DNA from: Scyliorhinus canicula
Taxonomy: Eukaryota
Assembly (NCBI RefSeq): GCF_902713615.1
Contig: NC_052172.1
Location: 12,876,185-12,940,184 of the forward strand
Length of the DNA: 64,000 nucleotides
Direction: 5' to 3'
Part shown: one piece after another, positions 1 through 13,879 of the stretch
How positions within the stretch are numbered: the first letter of the stretch is position 1
How the letters are laid out: every line of letters begins with the position of its first letter
Notes under the pieces: generated by a model
The model's input: the letters and a program-made list of their open reading frames with translations, nothing else
Database searches by the model: none
Told to the model about the DNA's origin: nothing
Position numbers and translations under genes: made by a program

Positions 1-244
1 TTTCTAGGCACACTTTTAAGAAGGAGAGTGAGATGGAGAGTCGCATCAGGTTGGGGAGGGATGTCCGTTTTATTGTGTTGATCTTTGGGAGCTCTCACTA
101 GGATCTTTGTAACAAATGCCCAGGGAAATTATCTCAATGTGGTTTACTGTAGCACTGTTTCGATGCAGATTAATGCAGGAAATAAATTCTACTTGGGATG
201 AAGTCAAGGGTACATATGCAACCAGAAGTTCTCTCTCATTGTAT

Positions 245-535
245 CATCCCTATCCTGATATTCTATGTGTCCTCTCTCCTAATTCCTGCTTGCATCCTAT
301 CCGAATATTTCTGTTTTAATCCTGCATATCCCAGTATTAATTTTTGGCTTCCCTATCCCGATATTCCCACGTGTCCATTCTATCCCAATATTCCTGTTTT
401 TATCTTCCCAATCGGTGTTCCTTTTTATCCTGATCCCGATATTCCTGTTGATGTTCTCCTCTTCGCAGTGTTCCTGTTTGAACCTTCACTTATCCCGGTG
501 TGCCTGCTTGTGTCCTCCCAATCCCGATCTTCCAT
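245..535. repeat. Degenerate ~27-bp tandem repeat with core ATCCCGATATTCC
   Basis: Core variants at about 251, 299, 328, 355, 382, 434, 492 and 521. Confidence 0.6.
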
Positions 536-1571
536 TGAGCATTGCTTTCTCCATTCCTTTCCGCAGATGAACATCCTCTGACTGGGAATTACGCCGTAGC
601 AGTTAACGAACGGGGAGGGCGAGTCATCTCGAAACACGACCTGGGGCATTTCTTCCTCAAGTGCCTGACGACTTCGGAATATGACGGGAAGTTCGTCTGC
701 CTGTCTGGAAACTACACGCATCCGTGACGAGGAGCAGGGAATGGGTGGCGCTGCTCCACGCTCTTTAAGTATCAGCACTCAGGCTAATAAACGATGTCAA
801 CCCACAGCTCTTCTCGAAGGTTCACGTGGCCCCTGAATGTTGAAGCGGGTCAGTGCTCAAATGGACAGACCAGGAAATTCCAAGTTCAGCCTCAACAAGC
901 CTGGAAAGTTGGGGGGGGGGGAGATTAGCAATTTATGTCCTAGATATTGGTTGAGGAATAAATTGCCAGAAAAACAGTGACAACTCAGCAGTTATTCAGA
1001 TTTTCTTTTCTAAATCTCTCCCGATTTCTATCCAGTGACCGCTTTTAGGAGATCAGATGGGAATGGATTACAATGAACACCCAGGCCAACATCCTAATCC
1101 CATCCTTAGAGGGAGACCCTCCATTTTTTATTAATTTACATTAGTGAACCAGGTGGATTTTTATGACAAATGTTCTCATTCCACTTTCAATTTTAAAAAT
1201 CTGGAATTAAATTATAATTTTGCCATCTGCTGTGGTGGGATTTGAACCCAAGTCCCCAGCGGATTACCCAGGGTCTCTGCATTGCTAGTCCAGCGACAGC
1301 ACCACTACGCCACCGCATCCTCCTCTTATTTCAGGGTTGTGAAGGAGCTTGATCTCCTTGGAACCCTGCACCCCGGGGACAGGGTGAAGGAAAAGATAGG
1401 TTCAGATTATTTCAGATTTCTCACATTGCTTTTGTTTTGGGGAAAAAGACAAACACTTCACAGAGGTTACACATGTCAACAGTGAGAAGGTAAAGAAACG
1501 ACAGGCTCAAATTTCACTCCCTTAAAAAGTCTCAAAGTGCTTTCCCCCGTGAAAAATAAATAAATTTGCAA

Positions 1572-1782
1572 ATTTTTTTTAGAGTATCCAATTCATTTTT
1601 TCCAATTCAGGGGCAATTTAGCGTGGCCAATCCACCTAACCTGCACATCTTTGGGTTGTGGGGGTGAGACCCACGCAAACACGGGAAGAATGTGCAAACT
1701 CCACACGGACAGTGACCCAGGGCCGGGATCAAGCCTGGGACCTCAGGCAGCAGTGTTAACCCACTGCACCATTGTGCTGCCC
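1572..1782 (-). mobile_element. Short tRNA-derived SINE with A-rich tail (type C)
   Basis: Pol III A/B-box head, truncated V-SINE-like body, tail gggtactctaaa(A)n; flanked by a near-direct repeat aaaataaat(t)aattt. Confidence 0.8.
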
Positions 1783-2274
1783 GAAAATAAATTAATTTAA
1801 TAAAATCTGGAATATGAAGCTAGTCTCAGTCTTGGCATTGTTTCAAATGCCTATCTGGTTCACAGATGTCCTTTAGGGAAGGAAATCTGCCGTCCTTACC
1901 TCGTCTGGCCGACGTGACTCCAAACCCACAGCAATGTGGTTGACTCTTAACTGACCCTCTGAAATGACCGAGCAAGACACTCAGTTCAAGGGATGGGCAA
2001 CAACTGTTGGACCCGCCCCATGTGGAGTTTGCACATTCTCCCTGTTTGGTCTCACCTCCACAACCCAAAGATGCGCAGGGTAGGTGGATTGGCCATGCTA
2101 AATTGCCCCTTAATTGGAAATAAATGTTTTTTAAAAAGCCAGTGAAATCCACAACCTATAAAAATGATTTTAAAAGTTTTCTTTAAAAATGTATTTGCGT
2201 TCCATATATCCCTGAGGATTCTGCTTACCCAGGCAGACCCCCCTTCCAATTCAACTACTGCCCTTACATCAATA

Positions 2275-2560
2275 TCATAGAACAGTGCAGAAGGAGGCCA
2301 TTTGCACCGATCCACTTAAGCCCTCACTTCCACCCTATCCCAATAACCCCTCCTAATTTCTTTTGATCACTGAGGGCAATTTAGCATAGCCAATCCACTT
2401 AACCTGCACGTCTTTGGACTGTGGGAGGAAACCGGAACACCTGGAGGAAACCCACACAGACACATGTGAACGCACAGACTCCGCAGACAGTGACCCAGTG
2501 GGGAATCGAACCTGGGATGCTGGCCGCTGTAAAGCCACAGTGCTAGCCACTTGTGCTACC
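2275..2560 (-). mobile_element. HE1/V-SINE-type SINE
   Basis: V-domain gggtttcctcc..ggtttcctcccacagtccaaaga and a CR1-like tail. Confidence 0.8.
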
Positions 2561-2756
2561 CAAGGGAAGTGACTGTTAACTTAGTTTGCTTCATCATTTC
2601 AATGCTCTCACTGAATCCACATTAGTCTCAGCTGTTCACTGATGATGTGATCTGACCAGTCCTGCCACTCTGCTTATGGAGATCTTCAAGGTGATGAGAT
2701 GTGACTATCAAAGTACTTGCTGCAACACACTTCACATTTCCTCGGCCAATGCTCAT

Positions 2757-2925
2757 GAATGAAATGAAAAATGCTTATTGTCATGAGTAGGCTTGAAATG
2801 AAGTTACTGTGAAAAGCCCCTAGTCACCACATTCTGGCACCTGTCCGGGGAGGCTGGTATGGGAATCAAACCGTGCTGCTGGTCTGCTTGAAAAGCCAGC
2901 GATTTAGCCCAGTGAGCTAAACCAG
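2757..2925 (-). mobile_element. Short tRNA-derived SINE (type E, tail ...gcctacttgtgacaataa..(TTTCA)n)
   Basis: The same element recurs at about 18906-19083 (-), 21277-21822 (-) and 29812-29987 (+). Confidence 0.75.
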
Positions 2926-3029
2926 TTCATCCCTAATCATGTGGTATTCAGTCATTTTACCTGCTCAGGAAAATGCTGTATTCACCAGGATCTGATCAGA
3001 AAATAGCTTCCAAGTCTCCAGGAAGATTT

Positions 3030-4734
3030 CTTTTTAAAAAAAAATATTTTATTGAGGCATTTATGTGATGAATTTTAACAGAATACACACCAAGAAAAAC
3101 AAAACCCAGCCAACATGGCTTGCTTAAACAACACCCCAATAATAATTCCCCACCAACTCTCCCTCATCTTACTCAACTCTCCATTCTTCCCCCCTTTTAA
3201 ACCTCTCCCCGCTCTCCCCCCCCCCCCCCCCCCCACCCCCCCCCCCCTCCCCCTCGCTGCCAACGTAGTACTTTCCAACAAAGTCGATAAACAGCTGCCA
3301 CCTCCGGGCAAATCCTAGCATTAAGCCCTCAGGACGAACTTAATCTCAAGCCTGAGAAACCCGGCCATGTCACTGACCCACAACCCCGACTTCGGGAGTT
3401 CCGAAGACATCGACCTCCCGCTCCCCCTGGACTCTCGGGTCTTCTGACACACCAAAAATCGCCACCTCTGGACTCGGGACCTTACCTTCACAGTACCTCC
3501 AACATGGCGTCTGCAAACCCCTGCCAGAATCCCCCCCAGGCTTCGGACATGCCCAAAACTTATGTCTATGATTCGCAGACCGCCCCACTCCGCACACACC
3601 TATCCTCCACCCCTTCAAAAAAAACTGCTCATTCAGGCGACAGTCATGTGTGCCCTGTGGACCACCTTAAATTGTATAAAGCTAAGCCTGGCACACGACG
3701 AGGACGCAATGATTCGCCTCTGGGCGTCCTTCCCATAACGCAATCTCCAACTCCCAACCCAACTCTTCCTCTCGCTTTTGCTTCACCTTCCCTATCGGGG
3801 CTCCCTCCCAGTCCATCAGCTCTCTATAGATTTCCAATACCTTCCCCACCCCCTGCTTTCAACAATACTTTATCCTGAAGCCCCAGGGGTGGCAGGTGCG
3901 GAAAGGTCGATACCTGCCTCCGCCCAAAGTCCCTCACCTGCAAGTAACAAAACCCATTCCCACCGGGCAGCTCAAACTCCTTCGCCAACTCTTCCAAACA
4001 CAAAGCCTCTGTCCACAAACAAATGCCTAAACCGCTCAATCCCCGCCTGCTGCTCTCCCCGAAACCCTCCCCCTCCCCCACCCCCCCGGAGCAAACCGGT
4101 GGTTGTCACATATCGGTGCCCAAATCGACCCCCCCCCCCCCCCCTCCAGCTCCATGTGCTCTCTCCAATGTCCCCACACCCTGAGGGCCACCACCACAAC
4201 CGGGCAATGTTAACAGTGCCCCTAAACTTGCTGTCCCCATTCGCTCTCACACCAACCCCTCCCCCACTACCCATTTCCTGACCATGGCTATATTTGCCGC
4301 CCAGTAGTAAATCGCTCCAGCAGCTCCTTCTTCACCCGCGGGGTTTTACCCACACACACAAACCCTGAAATCACTGCATTCACTTCCCTAAAAAACACCT
4401 TGGGAATGAAGGTTGAGAGGCTCTGAAATACAGACAAGAACCTCGGGAGGACCGTCAACTTTGCCGTCTGAAGCCTCTCTGCCAATGACAACGAGAGCAT
4501 CCAACCTCTTCTCAGGTCCCCCATCATCTGCTCCATCAACCAAGCCAAATTCAGCTTGTGCAGCTGCCCCCACCACCGTGCCACCAGGATGCCCAAATAT
4601 CGAAAACTTCCCCCCCACCCCACCAACTTGAACGGAATCTCCCCCAGTCTCTTCTTCTGCCCCCTCGTCTGAATCGCAAAGACCTCACTTTTCCCTATGT
4701 TCAATTCATACCCCGAAAACCGGCCAAATTCCAA
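3030..4734 (-). mobile_element. 5'-truncated, degraded L1-clade LINE (C-terminal part of ORF2 plus 3' tail)
   Basis: ORF 4288-4734 FGRFSGYELNIGKSE...FRYLGI...LSLAERLQTAKLTVLPRFLSVFQSL is typical L1 RT C-terminus; AATAAA and A-tail at about 3030-3052. Confidence 0.85.
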
Positions 4735-5630
4735 GAATCGGGGATGGTATGGTTAGGGGCGTTGACACTGTTCTCTGTGACCAGGATCGAGAACCCTGAA
4801 GATTGCGTTGCCTACCTGGTGCTTGGGTTCAGGATATCTCATCTGGGCTGCAGAGGAACTTGGATTGGGAGGGCAAAGATCCAGTTGTCGTTGGTACCAA
4901 CAACATAGGTAGAAAAGGGACTGAGGTTCTGCTAAGGGAATATGAACAGCGAGGAGCTAAATTAAAAAGCAGAACCAAAATGGTAATTACTACCTGAGCC
5001 ACAAGCTAATTGGCACAGGGTCAATATGATTGAAGAGGTAAATGCGTGGCTCGAAGATTGGTGTGGGAGACATGGGGATGTATTCATGGGACATTGACAC
5101 CAGTCCTGCGGAGAAGGAACCTGTTCCAATGGGACGGTCGTCATCTGAATCATGCTGGGACCAAAGTCCTACCGAATCGGGTAACCAGGGCTGGAGATGG
5201 GGCTTTAAACTAAATAGTGGGGGAAGGATTCAGTTGTATGGAGAATTAGAAAATCAAAGTTCAAGGAGAAGGTAGAAGTGCAGGTTCAGATGAGGATTTC
5301 AACTAGTTAAAGGAGTTGAGGGCTCAGGAGGTTAGTAAAGTTTCCAGACAACTTAATAGTGTTTAGAAAGTGGCAGGAATCTAACCTCGGGCAGAGCAAA
5401 AAAGGTGAAAAGGGATGTGGTCAATGCAGGACTGAGGGTGTTGTACCTAAATGCGCGCAGTACACGGAACAAGGTAAATGAGCTTGTTATGCACATTGAA
5501 ATTGGCCGGTACGATGTTGTGGGCATCACAGAGACGTGGCTGCAAGGGTACCAGGATTGGGATCTAAATATCCAAGGATATATGTCCTATCGAAAGGACA
5601 GGCAGATGGGCAAAGGGGGTGGGGTTGCAT

Positions 5631-5979
5631 TTACATAGAATTTACAGTGCAGAAGGAGGCCATTCGGCCCATCGAGTCTGCACCGGCTCTTGGAAAGAGC
5701 ACCCTACCCAAGGTCAACACCTCCACCCTATCCCCATAATCCAGTTACCCCAACCAACACTCAGGGCAATTTGGACCCTAAGGGCAATTTATCATGGCCA
5801 ATTCACCTAACCTGCACATCTTTGGACTGTGAGAGGAAACCGGAGCACCCGGAGGAAACCCACGTAGACACGGGGAGAATGTGCAGACTCCACACAGACA
5901 GTGACCCAAGCCGGGAATCGAACCTGGGACCCTGGAGCTGTGAAGCATTTGTGCTAACCACTATGCTACCGTGCTGCCC
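5631..5979 (-). mobile_element. HE1/V-SINE-type SINE (type B) inserted in the CR1 endonuclease region
   Basis: Full SINE; the host sequence tgcatt is repeated on both sides. Confidence 0.9.
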
Positions 5980-8358
5980 AAATTGTGCATTGTTAGTAAG
6001 GAATAAAGTTAAATCGATAGCAAGGAGCGATATAGGATCAGGAGGCACAGAATCTCTGTGGGTAGAGTTGAGGAATCGCAACGGTAAAAAGATCCTGGTG
6101 GGAAATACGTACAGGCCCCCTAACAGTAGTCAGGATGTGGGGCAGAAAATAAATCAGAAGATAGAAAAGGTATATAAAAAAGGCAATATTACAAAATCAT
6201 GAGGGACTTCAATATGCAGGTGGACTGGGAAAATCAGGTTGGTAGTGGATCCTAAGAAAAGGAATTTGTGGAATGGTTAAGAGATGATTTTTTTTGGAGC
6301 TGCTTTTGACAGAGCCGACTAGGGAACAGGCAATTCTGGATTTGGTGATGTGTAATGAGGCAGACTTGATTAGGGAACTTAAGGTGAAGGGACCCTTAGG
6401 GAGCAGTGAGCACAATATGATAGAATTTACCCTGCAGTTTGAGAGGGAGAAGCTGCAATCAGATGTAACGTTATTACAATTAAACAATGGTAACTACAAA
6501 CACGAGGGAGGAGTTAACCAGAGTTGATTGTAAAGGGGGCCTAGCAGGGAAGACAATGGAACAGCAATGGCAGGAGTTTTTGGGGGGTTATTCGGGAGGC
6601 ATAACAGAAATTTAACCCAAGGAGGAGGAAACATGCTAAGGGGAGGACGAGGCATCCATGGTTGACGAGGGAAGTCAAGGACAGCATAAATGAAAAAGAA
6701 AAAGCATACAAAGTGGCAAGGATTAGTGGGAAGCCAGAGGATTTGGAAGCTTTTAAAAGCGAGCAGAGGACAACTAAAAAAGCAATAAGGGGTGAGATGA
6801 AATATGAGTGTATGCTAGCTAGTAATATAAAAGATAGGGAGAGCTTTTGTTCAATATATAAAAGGTAAGAGAGAGGCAAAAATAGACATTGGACCACTTG
6901 AAAATGAAGCTGGAGAAATAATAATAGGAAACAAAGAAATGACAGAGGAACTGAATAGTTACTTTGCATCAGTCTTCATGGTGGATGGCACCAGTGGGTT
7001 GCCAGAGCTCCAGGAGAATCAGGAGGCAGAGATAAAAGGTTCTGGGGAAACTGAAAGGTTTCTGAAGGTGGATAAATCATCTGGACCGGATGGACTATAC
7101 CACAGGGTCTGAAGGAGATAGTTGAGGAGATTGTGGAGGCATTCGTGGTGATCTTTTTGGAATCACTGGAGGCAAGGAGGTTCCCAGAGGACTGGAACGT
7201 AGCTAACGTAACACCGCCGTTCAAGAAGGGAGGGAGGCTGAAGACAGGAAATTATAGGCCAGTTAGCCTGACCTCAGTCATTGGCAAGATTTTAGAGTCC
7301 ATTATTAAAGATGAGATTGCAGAGTACTAGGAAATGCATGATAAAATAGGACTGAGTCAACACGACTTCGTCAAGGGGAGGTCATGTCTGACAAATCTGT
7401 TAGGAGTTCTTTGAGGAGATGACAAGAAAGTTAGACAAAGGAGAACCAGTGAACGTGATTTATTTAGATTTCCAGAAGGCCTTTGACAAGGTGCCGCTGA
7501 GGAGACTGTTAAATAAGATAAGAGACCATGGTGTTAAAGGTAAGATCTTGGCATGGATAGAGGATTGGCTGACTGGCAGAAGGCAGAGAGTGGGGATAAA
7601 TGGGTCTTTTTCAGGATGGTAGCCGGTGACTACTGGTGTGCCTCAGAGGTCGGTGCTGGGACCACAACTTTTCATAATATACATTAATGATCTGGAAGAA
7701 GGAACTGAAGGCATTGTTGCTACATTTGCAGATGACATAAAGATATGAAGAGGGACAGGTGCTATTGAGGAAGCAAGAGGCATGCAGAAGGACTTGGACA
7801 GGCTAGGAGGGCAAAAAGTGGCAGATGAAAGACAATGTGGAAAAGTGTGAAGTTATGAACTTGGGAAGGAGGAATGGAGGCATAGATTATTTTCTCAATG
7901 GGGAAATGCTTAGGAAATCAGAAGCACAACAATCAGAAGTACAAAGGTACTTGGGAGTCCTTGTTCAAGATTCTCTTGAGGTTAATGTGCAGGTCAGTCA
8001 GCAGTTAGGAAGGTAAATGCAATGTTAGTATTCATGTCGAGAGGGCTAGAATACAAGACCAGGGATGTACTTCTGAGGCTCCGGTCAGACCCCATTTGGA
8101 GTATTGTGAACAGTTTTGGGTCCCGTATCTAAGGAAGGATGAGCTGGCCTTGGAAGGGGTCCAGAGGAGGTTCACAAGAATGATTCCTGGAAGGAAGAAC
8201 TTGTCATATGACGAGCAGTTGAGGACTCTGGGTCTGTACTCGGAGTTTAGAAGGATGAGGAGGGATCTTATTGAAACTTACAGGATACTGCAAGGCCTGG
8301 ATAGAGTGGACGTGGAGCGGATGCTTCCATCAGTAGGAAAATCTAGAACCAGAGGGCA

Positions 8359-10702
8359 CAAGAACATAGAACATTACAGCGCAGTACAGCCCCTTCGGCC
8401 CTCGATGTTACGCCGACCTGTGAAACCCCTCTAAAGCCCATCTACACTATTCCATTATCGTCCATATGTCGATCCAATGACCATTTGAATGCCCTTAACG
8501 TTGGCGAGTCCACTACTGTTGCAGGCAGGGCATTCCGTGCCCGTACTACTCTCTGAGTAAAGAACCTACCTCTGACATCTGTCCTATATCTATCTCCCCT
8601 CAATTTAAAGCTATGTCCCCTCATGCTAGACATCACCATCCGAGGAAAAAGGCTCTCACTGTCCACCCTATCTAATCCTCTGATCATCTTGTATGCCTCA
8701 ATTAAGTCACCTCTTAACCTTCTTCTCTCTAACGAAAACAGCCTTAAGTCCCTCAGCCTTTCCTCATAAGATCTTCCCTCCATACCAGGCAACATCCATG
8801 TAAATCTCCTCTGTACCCTTTCCAATGCTTCCACATCCTTCCTATAATGCGGCGACCAGAACTGCACGCAATACTCCAAATGCGGCCGCACCACAGTTTT
8901 GTACAACTGCAACGTGACCTCATGGCTCCGAAACGCAATCCCTCTACCAATAAAAGCTAATACACCGTACGCCTTCTTAACAACCCTCTCAACCTGGGTG
9001 ACAGCTTTCAGGGATCTATGTACATGGACACCGAGATCTCTCTGCTCGTCCACACTACCAAGAATCTTACCATTAGCCCAATACTCTGTCTTCCTGTTAT
9101 TCCTTCCAAAATGAATCACCTCACACTTTTCTGCATTAAACTCCATTTGCCACCTGTCAGCCCAGCTCTGCAGCTTATCTATGTCCCTCTGTAACTTGTA
9201 ACATCCTTGCACTGTCCACAACTCCACCGACTTTAGTGTCATCTGCAAATTTACTCACCCATCCTTCTACGCCCTCCTCCAGGTCATTTATAAAAATGAC
9301 AAACAGCAGTGGCCCCAAAACAGATCCTTGTGGTACACCACTAGTAACTGGACTCCAGTCTGAACATTTCCCATCAACCACCACCCTTTGTCTTCTTCCA
9401 GCTAGCCAATTTCTGATCCAAACTGCTAAATCACCCTGAAACCCATGCCTCCGTATTTTCTGCAATAGCCTACCGTGGGGAACCTTATCAAACGCTTTAC
9501 TGAAATCCATATACACCACGTCAACTGCTTTATCCTCATCCACCTGTTTGGTCACCTTCTCAAATAACTCAATCAGGTTTGTGAGGCACGTCCTACCCTT
9601 CACAAAACCATGTTGACTATCTCTAATCAAATTATTCCTTTCCAGATGATTATACATCCTATCTCTTATAAACCGTTCCAATATTTTGCCCAAAACAGAA
9701 GTAAGGCTCACTGGTCTATAGTTACCGGAGTTGTCTCTACTCCCCTTCTTGAACAAGGGGGCAACATTTGCTATCCTCCAGTCTTCTGGCACTATTCCTG
9801 CAGACAAAGATGACTTGAAGATCAAAGCCAAAGGCTCAGCAATCTCCTCACTAGCTTCCCAGAGAATCCGAGGATAAATCCCATCCGGCCCAGGGAACTT
9901 ATCTATTTTAACACTTTCCAGAATTGCTAACACCTCCTCATAAACCTCAAGCCCTTCTAGTCTAGTAGACTGTATCTCAGTATTCTCGACAACATTGTCT
10001 TTTTCCTGTGTGAATACTGACAAAAAATATTCATTTAGCACCTCTCCTATCTCCTCGGACTCCATGCACAACTTCCCACTACTGTCCTTGACTGGCCCTA
10101 CTCGTACCCTAGTCATTCGTTTATTCCTGACATATCTATAGAAAGTTTTAGGGTTATCCTTGATCCTACCTGCCAAAGACTTCTCATGTCCCCACCTGGC
10201 TATTCTTAGCTCTCTCTTTAGATCCTTCCTAGATAACTTGTAACTCTCGAGTGTCCTAACTGAACCTTCACGTCTCATCTTTACATAAACCTCCTTCTTC
10301 CTCTTGACAAGTGTTTCAACTGCTTTAGTAAACCACGGTTCCCTCGCTCGACCACTTCCTCCCTGCCTGACAGGTAGATACTTATCAAGGACACGCAGTA
10401 GCTGTTCCTTGAACATGCTCCACATTTCCATTGTGCCCATCCCCTTCAGTTTTCCTCTCCATCCGATGCATCCTAAATCTTGCCCTCATCGCATCATAAT
10501 TGCCTTACCCCCAGATATAACTCTTGCCCTGCGGTATATACCTATCCCTTTCCATCACTAAAGTAAACGTAATCGAGTTGTGGTCACTATCACCAAAGTG
10601 CTCACCTACCTCCAAATCTAACACCTGTCCTGGTTCATTACCCAGTACCAAATCCAATACAGCCTCGCCTCTCGTTGGCCTATCTACATACTGCGTCAGG
10701 AA
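8359..10702 (-). mobile_element. Younger 5'-truncated CR1/HER1-like LINE nested in opposite orientation
   Basis: ORFs 9175-10440 and 8442-9248 give an almost intact RT ([30 protein letters not shown]) split by a frameshift; tail ...gggctgtactgcgctgtaatgttctatgttct; short cacaa duplication at the flanks. Confidence 0.93.
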
Positions 10703-10985
10703 ACACAATCTCAGACTAAAGGGACGGTCCTTCAAAACAGAGATGAGGAGGAATTTCTTCAGCCAGAGGGTGGTGAATCTGTGGAACTCTTTGCCGCAGA
10801 AGGCTGTGGAGGCCAAGTGACTGAGTGTCTTTAAGACAGAGATAGATTGGTTCTTGATTAGTAACGGGATCAGGGGTTATGGGGAGATGGCATGAGAATG
10901 GTGATGAGAAACATATCAGCCATGATTGAATGGCGGAGCAGACTCGATGGGCTAAGTGGTCTAATAGTGCTCCTATGTTTTATGG

Positions 10986-11690
10986 GAGTATTCAGAATGT
11001 CCAATTCACCTAACAAGCATGTCTTTCAGGACTCATGGGAGGAAGCCGAAGCACCCGGAGGAAACTCACGCAGACACAGGGAGAACGTGCAGACTCCACA
11101 CAGTGACCCAAGCCGGGAATCGAACCCGAGTCCCTGGTGCTGTGAAGCATCAGTGCTACCCACTGTGCTACCGTGCCGTCCACGCATGGTCAATCCACCT
11201 AACCTTCACATCTTTGGACTGTGGTCGAAAACCGGAGCACCCGGAGGAAACCCACACAGACACTTGGAGAACATGCAATCTCCACACAGTCACCCAAGGT
11301 CGGAATTGAACCTGAGTCCCTGGCGTTGTGAGGCAGCAGTGCTAAGGGCAGCATGGTAGCATAGTGGTTAGCACAACTGCTTCACAGCTCCAGGGTCCCA
11401 GGTTCGATTCCCGGCTTGGGTCACTGTCTGTGTGGAGTCTACACGTTCTCCCCGTGTGTGCGTGGGTTTCCTCCGGGCGCTCCGGTTTCCTCCCACAGTC
11501 CGAAGATGTGCAGGTTAGGTGGATTGGCCATGATAAATTGCCCTTAGTGTCTGAAATTGCCCTTGGTGTTGGGTGGGATTACTGGGTTATGGGGATAGGG
11601 TGAGGGTGTGGGCTTGGGTCAGGTGCTCTTTCCAAGAGCCAGTGCAGACTCGATGGGCCGAATGGCCTCCTTCTGCACTGAAAATTCTAT
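10986..11690. mobile_element. Cluster of three SINE copies (two minus-strand partials, one full plus-strand type B at about 11347-11690)
   Basis: Repeated V-SINE heads and bodies. Confidence 0.8.
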
Positions 11691-11888
11691 GAATTCTAAC
11701 CACTGTGCAACCCTGATGTTAAAGGTTGACATAAAAGGGAAATCACGGTTCGGGAAGTCGGACAGGAAGCGCACACAAGCACAATATCTTTCTGTCCAAC
11801 TGTAGAAAATGCTATACAAATGATCATGGCAGGCACCATAATTTTATTAATATGTGTTTGAACATGAGCGCCAATCAGTAAAAACAGA

Positions 11889-12334
11889 GTGCGGGATTCT
11901 CCCAGCCCCGCACCGGAGAATCCCCGCAACCGCGCCACCCCGCCCCGATGCCGGCCTGCGATTCTCTGCGGAGTGGAGAATCGGCGCCATTGGGGCCTGG
12001 CCCGCGATCGGGGCCCACCGATCGGCAGCCGGCCTCTCGCTCCCCGGGCCTATTTTCTTACGCACCGGTCCCTGAACTCCAACGCCATGTTGCGTCGGCA
12101 CATTGAGGGAGGCCACCACGCATGCCATGGGTTGGCACCGGTGCCACTGCGCATGTCCTTGTTGACAAGTTGGCGCGGCGCACGGTTTGCGCCGGATGGG
12201 AGGCTGGAGCGGCGTGAACTGCAGCAGCGCCGCGCTGGCCCCCTGTAGGGGTCAGAATCGGTACTCCCAGCGGCCCGTCCATGCCGTCGTCTCCAACGGC
12301 GTGGACACTGCCGCTGAATGGGAGAATCCCGCCC
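11889..12334. mobile_element. GC-rich non-autonomous TIR element (MITE-like)
   Basis: Terminal inverted repeats gcgggattctccc (11891-11903) / gggagaatcccgc (12320-12332); aga on both flanks. Confidence 0.75.
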
Positions 12335-12939
12335 AGAATGTTGGCAGCCAAATTCGGAATGTACAGTTCAGATTCATCGACAGAGTTTCCGAAGAAAACC
12401 TTTAAATTGAAACGGGTTTATTTAAGCAGGAATTTCTCACTGCAAATTCCTGTTGCCAAGCTTTGTGAGAAAAATATGAAACGTAACCTTTTTTTTATCC
12501 TGACTATACAATCCGATACTCTTAAACTGATGGGCAGAACCGATCGAGAGATCCTGCCACTGATCCAGGTAAGGTGTGCAGAGACTTAAGTGACAACTAT
12601 GTGATGGGAATAAACTGACTTAATTATCTATCTCCAGTGAGGGAAGTACATAGTAATTATATATTTTCTGGGAAGAAATAAAAGACTTGCAGCCACCTTC
12701 CAGTTACACACTAATCCATGCAACAGTGCTTTACTGATTAGCAGAACTGTGGTATATTAGTGGCTTATATAAATGCTGTGCATGCTCGGTTAAGGTTAGT
12801 TGACTGTCACTGTGCTCTAACACACTACACGTGGTAATGACGGGCTGAGATTACCTGACGTTGGTCAAACCATCCCAAACAGGCAGCATCTCCACAAGGT
12901 TAAGTGGAAATTCAAAAACCATCCACAAGATATTGGGAG

Positions 12940-13240
12940 TTTTGAAATGGACGCTGGAAGACTTGAGAACCTAGACTTAAAAGGGCAGTTTCAGCAATAA
13001 GGGGTGAGCCATTTAAGACAGGGATGAGAACAGATTTCTTCACTGGGATGCACATGAATCCTTGGCGTCCGCTATAACTGAGAACCATGGATGCTCAGTT
13101 GTTGAGTGAATCCAAGGATGGAGATCGACAGATTCTTGAACTGTAAAAAGGTTATGGGGAACAGGGCAGAGAAGTGGAGTTGAGATCAAGATCAGATCAG
13201 CCATGATCTTACTGAATAATGGAGCCGGTTCGAGGAGCTG
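12940..13240 (+). mobile_element. CR1 3'-end fragment
   Basis: Degenerate atttaagacagggatgaga..atttcttcact..gatcagccatgatctt..gaataatggagc. Confidence 0.6.
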
Positions 13241-13879
13241 TAGAGCGTAATCCTGCACTGACATCCGATGTACCACAAGCCAACCTCACATTTCTGGGAT
13301 CAAAACCAAATGCTCTTGGCGCGGAAACGGGTGTCCTCATACCGCTGGGTGCAAAAAATGAGTTGGAGAGAATCGTAAGTATAGACAAGAAATATAACAA
13401 GCATTTTATTGGGTTTTCCAATACGTCGGTGCCAACTCGCCACATTCACAACGGCAGGAAATCGTCATCCAGCACTATCACAGGTCCTCTTCCATTAAAC
13501 CCGCTGCGTCGTCATGTCAAAGGCTTCGGAGGAGGGGGTGGGGGAGAACAGCTCTGCCTCCGCACTTCCTTTCTGATACGTCTTCCACGGGTGGCGGCAT
13601 GAGGTGGAGGGGCGAACGCCGCAGCCGTGTGCCAGCTCCTTCGGGTTATTCCGCCGACAAGTGGGCAGCGTTTGCAAAATGTAAACACCCCCTCGCCCCC
13701 AATCTGTTTAGTGTCCATGGTGTGGTGGTGGGAGGGTAGGGGAGGTGAGGGGAAATCAATCAAAAGTGTGGGGGGGGGTCTCTTGGCAATAAGGGGGAGC
13801 AGCTGGGAAAGGTTTATACTGGTGCTGGGGGTGGGGGAGGTTTGTTGCTGGTCTGTTTTGTGGTTTAGAGGCACGGGGC

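Larger units (their letters stand above)
4735..10985 (+). mobile_element. Near full-length degraded CR1-clade LINE (ORF1 esterase remnant, APE endonuclease, RT), interrupted by a SINE and a second LINE
   Basis: CLPGAWVQD..VGTNNIG (ORF1 SGNH-like); YLNARS..DVVGITETWL (APE); [10 protein letters not shown]; YLDFQKAFDKVP; FADD. Many stops and frameshifts. Resumes at about 10703 with HNLRLKGRSFKTEMRRNFFSQRVVNLWNSLP. Confidence 0.92.

Noticed and set aside
198-581. Hydrophobic Pro/Ile-rich plus-strand ORF as a membrane protein
   Set aside because: Composition is explained by the degenerate pyrimidine-rich tandem repeat.
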